Assembly (NCBI GenBank): GCA_029259155.1
Contig: JAPDJI010000025.1
Location: forward strand, 13,578-77,577
DNA from: Candidatus Methanomethylicia archaeon
GTDB lineage: Archaea > Thermoproteota > Methanomethylicia > Nezhaarchaeales > B40-G2
Length of the DNA stretch: 64,000 bases
Reading direction: 5' to 3'
How positions within the stretch are numbered: the first letter of the stretch is position 1; every line of letters begins with the position of its first letter. The translations under genes were made by a program, and so were the position numbers. This document shows positions 59,030-64,000 of this stretch, one piece after another. The notes below the pieces were generated by a model, which saw only the letters and a list, made by a program, of their open reading frames with translations, searched no databases and was not told the origin of the DNA.

Positions 59030-60013
59030 TCAACTCTCCTCCAGGCTTTCTCCTCTAATTGGCCTTAAGTAGTCCTCAGCTCTTTCACCATACTCTGCTA
59101 AGAGCCTATAAAGCAGCCTACTATACACGGCTTTCACGATTCCTCCATGTACCTTGGTGTGAACATCGGCTTTCACCACGTGTACCGGAACTCCCATGAC
59201 CGAGTCGGAGGTGGCGAGTATTGTGGCGAGTATTTCATCAAAACTACACCAAGAAGGATACTCTACACGTAGCGGCTCTCTTCTTGAAGAGGTTTTAACG
59301 TAAGAAACCATGATTACAGGTAGCTTGACCCCTACCTTTCTAAACGCTTCAGCGTATCTTCTCACTGAAGCTTCCTCGGCTGGTCTAGGCTCTGTAGCCT
59401 CTCCCTCTTCTAGGTCTAGGAGGGCGGCATCTCTATGTATACCGTCGAAAAGTTTACCTCTAGGCCTCTTGACGATACCGGCTATATTTATGCCAATTTT
59501 CTCAGTCAAGTTAAGCAGCTTTGCTAGTTCCATGAGGCAGCCTTCAACCTCGATTTTACAGTCTCCCTTAGAAGCGAAGAAGGTTGGATGTAATAGTAGC
59601 CCCCCATCGATAAAGACTGCTTCTGGCTTTCTTTCGATTACAGCTCTAGACGCTGACTTAAAGGTTAGCCTTCTCTCCAGAGCCTCAGCCCATGCTACAG
59701 GTTCGTCTACATCGGCTAGTCTGACCTCAGCCTCAATTACGGGCTCTAAGTCCTCAATTAGGCTCAAGGAGGAAGTGTAGGCTACTCCGGTTGCTATGAT
59801 TAAGGAGCCTCCGCAAAGCTCCTTGACCTGGAAGCCTCCATCGACGCCTGTTATGATTGATGCTGGGGTGGGGGGTTGACGAGGCTTAAAGATGGGTGGT
59901 TTAAGTTTGACAGGGTTTAAGGTGATCTTCTCAGCGGCTTCCACAAGCCTCTTCACGACGTGAGGATGAGGCTTCAATAGGAAGAGGTCTAGGGTTAGCT
60001 CCTCTAAGTTCAT
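59030..60013 (-). CDS. NurA-domain nuclease
   Basis: GVDGG, IDGGL, GIVKR, LRVE, late P...KAD motif. Confidence 0.78.
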   Translation of the reverse strand: MNLEELTLDLFLLKPHPHVVKRLVEAAEKITLNPVKLKPPIFKPRQPPTPASIITGVDGGFQVKELCGGSLIIATGVAYTSSLSLIEDLEPVIEAEVRLADVDEPVAWAEALERRLTFKSASRAVIERKPEAVFIDGGLLLHPTFFASKGDCKIEVEGCLMELAKLLNLTEKIGINIAGIVKRPRGKLFDGIHRDAALLDLEEGEATEPRPAEEASVRRYAEAFRKVGVKLPVIMVSYVKTSSRREPLRVEYPSWCSFDEILATILATSDSVMGVPVHVVKADVHTKVHGGIVKAVYSRLLYRLLAEYGERAEDYLRPIRGESLEES

Positions 60014-60579
60014 AGCTCACCCTCTTCCCTACAACATTTACACCTATTATCCTCAGCTATTCGTTGAATCAGTTCAGCCAATCTAACTCCATTATTATCG
60101 AGGTCTATAACCGGTATTCCATTCCAATAGCCTTTAAGCTGTTTTGCGACGGGACCTGTTATAGCAGCTATAGGGGGTTTGAGCTGGCCTAGTAGGTCCT
60201 CCAACTCGTTCACCGTTTTGGCGGTTACTATCTTCATGAATGACTCTTCGTCGCTTACAAAAGACTTAAAGCCTTCAATAATCACTACATCAACCTCCTC
60301 CTCTACTAGCTTAATCAAGCCTTTAAGGCTCCAGGCAACGTCTTTCTTGAGCACTGCCACCTCGCTATGAGAGGCAGCCACCACTACTTTAGCCCCTGCC
60401 TTAGCAAACCTCCACGTATCCTTCCCTTCTTTATCTATCGTCTCAACGTGGTGGAGATGTTTAAGGGCAGCTACTCGAAGCCCCCTAGACGTGAAGTATG
60501 AGGTAAGAAGCTCTACTGCCCTCGTCTTATAGGTATCCTTGCCTCCTACAACAGCTACTATGATAGGCTTCATTTTCAA
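60010..60579 (-). CDS. mobB: Molybdopterin-guanine dinucleotide biosynthesis protein B
   Basis: Degenerate P-loop GGKDTYKT, KH, DKEGKDTWRF..AGA, IIEGFK. Confidence 0.88.
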   Translation of the reverse strand: MKMKPIIVAVVGGKDTYKTRAVELLTSYFTSRGLRVAALKHLHHVETIDKEGKDTWRFAKAGAKVVVAASHSEVAVLKKDVAWSLKGLIKLVEEEVDVVIIEGFKSFVSDEESFMKIVTAKTVNELEDLLGQLKPPIAAITGPVAKQLKGYWNGIPVIDLDNNGVRLAELIQRIAEDNRCKCCREEGEL

Positions 60580-60583
60580 TCCC

Positions 60584-61576
60584 TTACGCCGCCTTGCTAG
60601 CCACCTTAAGCTCCCTATATACCTTTAATGCTTCATTAAGCAGCTCCTCGGCTTTATCATCGTCTACCTTCCTTAAACACGCAGAAGCGTCTACAAGGGC
60701 ACGGGCGTAGAATAGCTTTAACCCTCTACGTAAGTACTCTTCACCCTCCTTTTTAAACAGGTTAGAAGCCTCTACCAACATCTTTTGATCTTCTCTAAGT
60801 CTAGCTACGTAAACCCTTGTTAACGCTGACCAAAATAGGTTTCCGGCCTCATCCGCTATCGTGGGCAAACCCGCATCGACGGCTTTAGACACGATCCTAA
60901 CCACTTCACTGGAGGATAGCTGAGGCTTTATCGCAAAGCTCTCTTTTTCCTCCTCTACCCAGGGGGGTGGAGCATGGAGATCGGAAGGACGGTTAATGTT
61001 GATGAAGCTCTTAAGCTCAGGGTCTAGAGGCTTTACCTCCAACGGCACTGAAAGGAAGAAAGTGGTAAGTCCAGCCCTTATGAGATCATCCGTCCTAGAT
61101 CTATCAACTCTGGCTAAAGCCTCACTTAGTTTAAGGGCCTCCTCCCTGCGGTAGGCCGCTAGTAGAGGTTCATGTTTTCCGTTAGGCCATAATGGTAATA
61201 CGCCTTCAAAGCCTTCTTCTACCTTTCTAAGCAATTTATCGAGCACTAATGGTTTAAGGAAAGGGGAATCACATGGAACTACAAGGCAACTATCAGCTGT
61301 TAATTTACGGAGACCTGTCCTAATTCCTCTCAGAGGTCCTCGCGGCCCTCCTTCATCCACCACTACGTCTATCCAGTCTACGAGCTCAGCGTAGTTCTTA
61401 GCCTTGGTTTCACTATCCACCGCGACTACTACTTCATCTACTACCTCCTTTACGGATTCAGCTACTCTGACAAGCATAGGCTTACCTTCCACCATGAAGA
61501 GCGCCTTGTCTACAGCTCCTCCAGCCGACCTGAATCTACGCCCAGCTCCTCCTGCTAAGATTATAGCTCCACGCAT
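60584..61576 (-). CDS. mobA: Molybdenum cofactor guanylyltransferase with C-terminal extension
   Basis: IILAGG.GRRF, DKAL, GPLRGI, PCDSPF, EPLLAAY, FININRPSDL. Confidence 0.88.
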   Translation of the reverse strand: MRGAIILAGGAGRRFRSAGGAVDKALFMVEGKPMLVRVAESVKEVVDEVVVAVDSETKAKNYAELVDWIDVVVDEGGPRGPLRGIRTGLRKLTADSCLVVPCDSPFLKPLVLDKLLRKVEEGFEGVLPLWPNGKHEPLLAAYRREEALKLSEALARVDRSRTDDLIRAGLTTFFLSVPLEVKPLDPELKSFININRPSDLHAPPPWVEEEKESFAIKPQLSSSEVVRIVSKAVDAGLPTIADEAGNLFWSALTRVYVARLREDQKMLVEASNLFKKEGEEYLRRGLKLFYARALVDASACLRKVDDDKAEELLNEALKVYRELKVASKAA

Positions 61577-61637
61577 GTTTCCACAGCCGCTTTAACGGAT
61601 TTATAGGGCGTCTCTTCACCCCTATATGGGTGTTCTT

Positions 61638-62489
61638 ATGTCTGGGAAGGAGACGGTTGTGAAGGTAGGCATCGTTAAACTAGGTTGTGTAGGCACTGCC
61701 CCCATGCTAGAGTTCCTGTTAGATGAAAGGGCTGACCGAAAGGACATTGATGTGAGGGTGGTATCGTCAGGCGCCAAGATGGACCCTGACAAAGCCGAGG
61801 AGGTAGCCAAGAAACTGCTAGACTTTAAGCCCCACTTCGCCATAGTGGTTAGCCCTAATGCTGCTCTGCCTGGACCCACGAAGGCTAGAGAGATCTTAAA
61901 GGAAGCGGGCTTACCTGTCATAGTAATCTCTGACGCACCTGCTAAGAAAGCTATGGGCGACTTAGAATCTAAGGGCTTCGGCGCCATCATCGTGGAGGCC
62001 GACGCCATGATAGGTGCTAGGAGAGAGTTCCTAGACCCGGTCGAGATGGCATGCTTTAATGCCGACATCATAAAGGTTCTCGCCGCTACCGGCGTATATA
62101 ATATAGTAGTGGACTACGTAGACAGGGTCATAGCCGCCTTTAAGGAGGGCAAGACACCTGAGCTGCCAAGGGTCGTAGTGGACAAGGAGACAGCTAATGC
62201 TGCTACTGGCTACTCTAATCCTTATGCTAAAGCTAAGGCTATGGCTGCCTTTGAGACCGCACGCAGAGTAGCCGACTTGACCACTGAGGCTTGCTTCAAG
62301 ATACAGGAATGGGAGCGCTACACCCCAATAGCAGCAGCGGCTCATGAAATGCTCAGAAATGCTGCTAAGCTAGCAGATGAAGCAAGGGAGATCGAGAAAT
62401 ATAGCGATACGCTTCAGCGCGCACCTCACGCTAAAGACGGATCCCCCATGGTGAAATCGAAGCTGATGGAGAAACCGGTTAAGAAGTGA
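61638..62489 (+). CDS. mtd: F420-dependent methylene-H4MPT dehydrogenase
   Basis: LLDERADR, SGAKM, SPNAALPGP, MIGARREFLDPVEMA, AAAHE, RAPH. Confidence 0.95.
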   Translation: MSGKETVVKVGIVKLGCVGTAPMLEFLLDERADRKDIDVRVVSSGAKMDPDKAEEVAKKLLDFKPHFAIVVSPNAALPGPTKAREILKEAGLPVIVISDAPAKKAMGDLESKGFGAIIVEADAMIGARREFLDPVEMACFNADIIKVLAATGVYNIVVDYVDRVIAAFKEGKTPELPRVVVDKETANAATGYSNPYAKAKAMAAFETARRVADLTTEACFKIQEWERYTPIAAAAHEMLRNAAKLADEAREIEKYSDTLQRAPHAKDGSPMVKSKLMEKPVKK

Positions 62490-62648
62490 GCCCTCAAATC
62501 CTTCCCATTTATTTCACCTGTCAAAGCAGCTAACTCAAGGATTGACGTAGAGTATACCTTCCGAGACACTGTCAACCTTTTATCATTTCCATTTAATTTT
62601 CCACATACGATTTCTTGAACAGTTTACGAACCATAACTTGGGGACTGC

Positions 62649-63506
62649 TTAGCCGCTTAGTTGAAGCAAGCTGATGAACCTATCAGTACCGTATTTCGAG
62701 GCTACTTTCACGGTCAGGTCTCTCTCAGTTACAATACCTATGAGCTTGCCAGCTTCAACAACAGGTAGGCTACCTATAGCTAGGTTCTTCATACGGCTAG
62801 AAGCCTCAGCCACATCGGCTTGAGGGTTTACGGTCTCCACCGTCTTAACCATGATCTTCGAGATAGGCCACATCAGAGAGAAGGTATCTAAGTCTAAGCA
62901 GCGGAGTATGTCTAGCGCTGTTATTAAACCTATAAGCTTCCCATCATTATCAAGGATAGGAAGCCTCCTAATCTTCTGCTTAAACATAAGCTCGACGGCT
63001 CTGTTTAACTCATCGCTTGGCCTGGCGTAGACCAAGTCTCTACTCATGACATCTGAGACCTTTATATTGGTGGGTCTCTTCAATAATACAGCTAGGTCCC
63101 TTTCGGTTACAATTCCCATCAACTTACCTTCATGGTCAATGAATATAGCAGCTCCTATCAAGCGCTCGGCCATGGTCCTCACCACGCTTTGTAGGTCACC
63201 ATCCACGGGAACCGTGGGCGCTTCCTTCATGATCGATTTGGCGGCCTCAAACAATGCGCTCTTAACGTCCCCACCATACTTAGCAACAACTATCTCATGG
63301 TAGAGGGGTCCTTTGAGAAGGCTTAAGATATCCATAACGGTTACTATGCCCAGCACCGCTCTTTCCTTGTCAATTACCGGTAGATGACGTACACCCTTAT
63401 GAGACATAAGCCGTATTGCTATTCTGATGGGCATATCAGGGTTAAGCGATATAGTTGGCCTCTCAAAAACATGCCTAAAATGAGAGATATCAACAAGTTT
63501 ATCCAT
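62649..63506 (-). CDS. CBS domain protein (two CBS pairs)
   Basis: HLPVID...GIVTVMD, GIVTERD, RLPILD...GLIT, SLPVV...GIVTERD. Confidence 0.9.
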   Translation of the reverse strand: MDKLVDISHFRHVFERPTISLNPDMPIRIAIRLMSHKGVRHLPVIDKERAVLGIVTVMDILSLLKGPLYHEIVVAKYGGDVKSALFEAAKSIMKEAPTVPVDGDLQSVVRTMAERLIGAAIFIDHEGKLMGIVTERDLAVLLKRPTNIKVSDVMSRDLVYARPSDELNRAVELMFKQKIRRLPILDNDGKLIGLITALDILRCLDLDTFSLMWPISKIMVKTVETVNPQADVAEASSRMKNLAIGSLPVVEAGKLIGIVTERDLTVKVASKYGTDRFISLLQLSG

Positions 63507-63912
63507 AAAGTTACACCAAGTTTTGGGGTTCGAGGTTTTCACAAAGGACTTCAGGTTGACATCCAAATAGATCCAGAATATAAGCTTTCCCTCCATTACA
63601 TCTCTATTGAACTATAAGAACTAACGCTGAGTACATCATAGAGAGGCTCGTAAAGAGTTCATGAATGGTTAACCCTTAAAGGCTCTTCTCATAACCTATG
63701 TAACAGCTAAGCAACGAGGGGGAGGCTAAGCTCGACGAGGCGGTGAGGAAAATCCTCGAGCTCGATCAACAGGTTTAAGAAAAGCGAGCTGAAGGTGAGG
63801 GTTTAGGTCAGCTAAGCTTCGCTCTTCACTTGGTTGAGCTTAAACTCAGCGTGGTAACCTCGTCGAAGCCAAGTGAGGTTTGAAGCTCTACGCTAAAATG
63901 AAGGTGGTGGGG

Positions 63913-64000
63913 ATGAAGCGTGAAGGTTTTGGGTCGGTTGGAGCAGCCTTAATAATCATCCTCGCCGCCGTGGGCATATACTTCTTCTCCGCAGGTAAAC
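63913..64000 (+). CDS. 5' end of a secreted or membrane-anchored protein (truncated by window edge)
   Basis: GGTGGTGGGG SD, then MKREGFGSVGAALIIILAAVGIYFFSAGK, open to the window end. Confidence 0.6.
   Translation, partial: MKREGFGSVGAALIIILAAVGIYFFSAGK

Noticed and set aside
755-63617. The many short antisense or overlapping ORFs in the six-frame track (e.g. 14328-14759, 59310-59780, 61622-62071)
   Set aside because: They are shadows of well-supported genes on the opposite strand or in another frame, with no recognisable motifs.
63745-63760. RNase P RNA (GAGGAAAATCC resembles the P4 5' strand)
   Set aside because: No matching 3' P4 strand of the ACAGAA...GGCUUA type, and the motif forms its own local hairpin.
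1-64000. tRNA, rRNA, CRISPR arrays, transposases, integrases, inteins
   Set aside because: None recognised by eye: no T-loop/cloverleaf, spaced repeat array or recombinase motifs, and RadA and Cdc6 are of normal length. Small guide RNAs could have been missed.

Overview
A gene-dense archaeal chromosome segment, with about 60 CDS and no tRNA, rRNA, CRISPR or mobile element recognised. RadA, Orc1/Cdc6, Alba, NurA and EndoQ mark it as archaeal, and ftr, mtd, cofE and hdrA show H4MPT/F420 C1 metabolism. It is probably a thermophilic Thermoproteota lineage (inference only). Main blocks: (1) a Tat-exported respiratory cluster with a Psr/Phs-type molybdoenzyme, TorD chaperone, group-1 [NiFe] hydrogenase, two FeS subunits and an NrfD anchor; (2) an eIF2B-like/GNAT operon; (3) ubiA/ubiD, an ABC importer and two Ahb-like radical SAM genes; (4) a split, headless complex I-like cluster; (5) ETF/HdrD/HdrA genes; (6) housekeeping genes. 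The best find is in the AmmeMemoRadiSam radical SAM gene (33709-34818), which is interrupted inside a conserved motif by a 30-nt stop-containing insert (33934-33963). The insert folds into a bulge-helix-bulge splice motif whose predicted cleavage sites exactly restore the frame and the motif, making it a candidate tRNA-type mRNA intron in a protein-coding gene other than cbf5. All calls are from reading the sequence; no database search was run.
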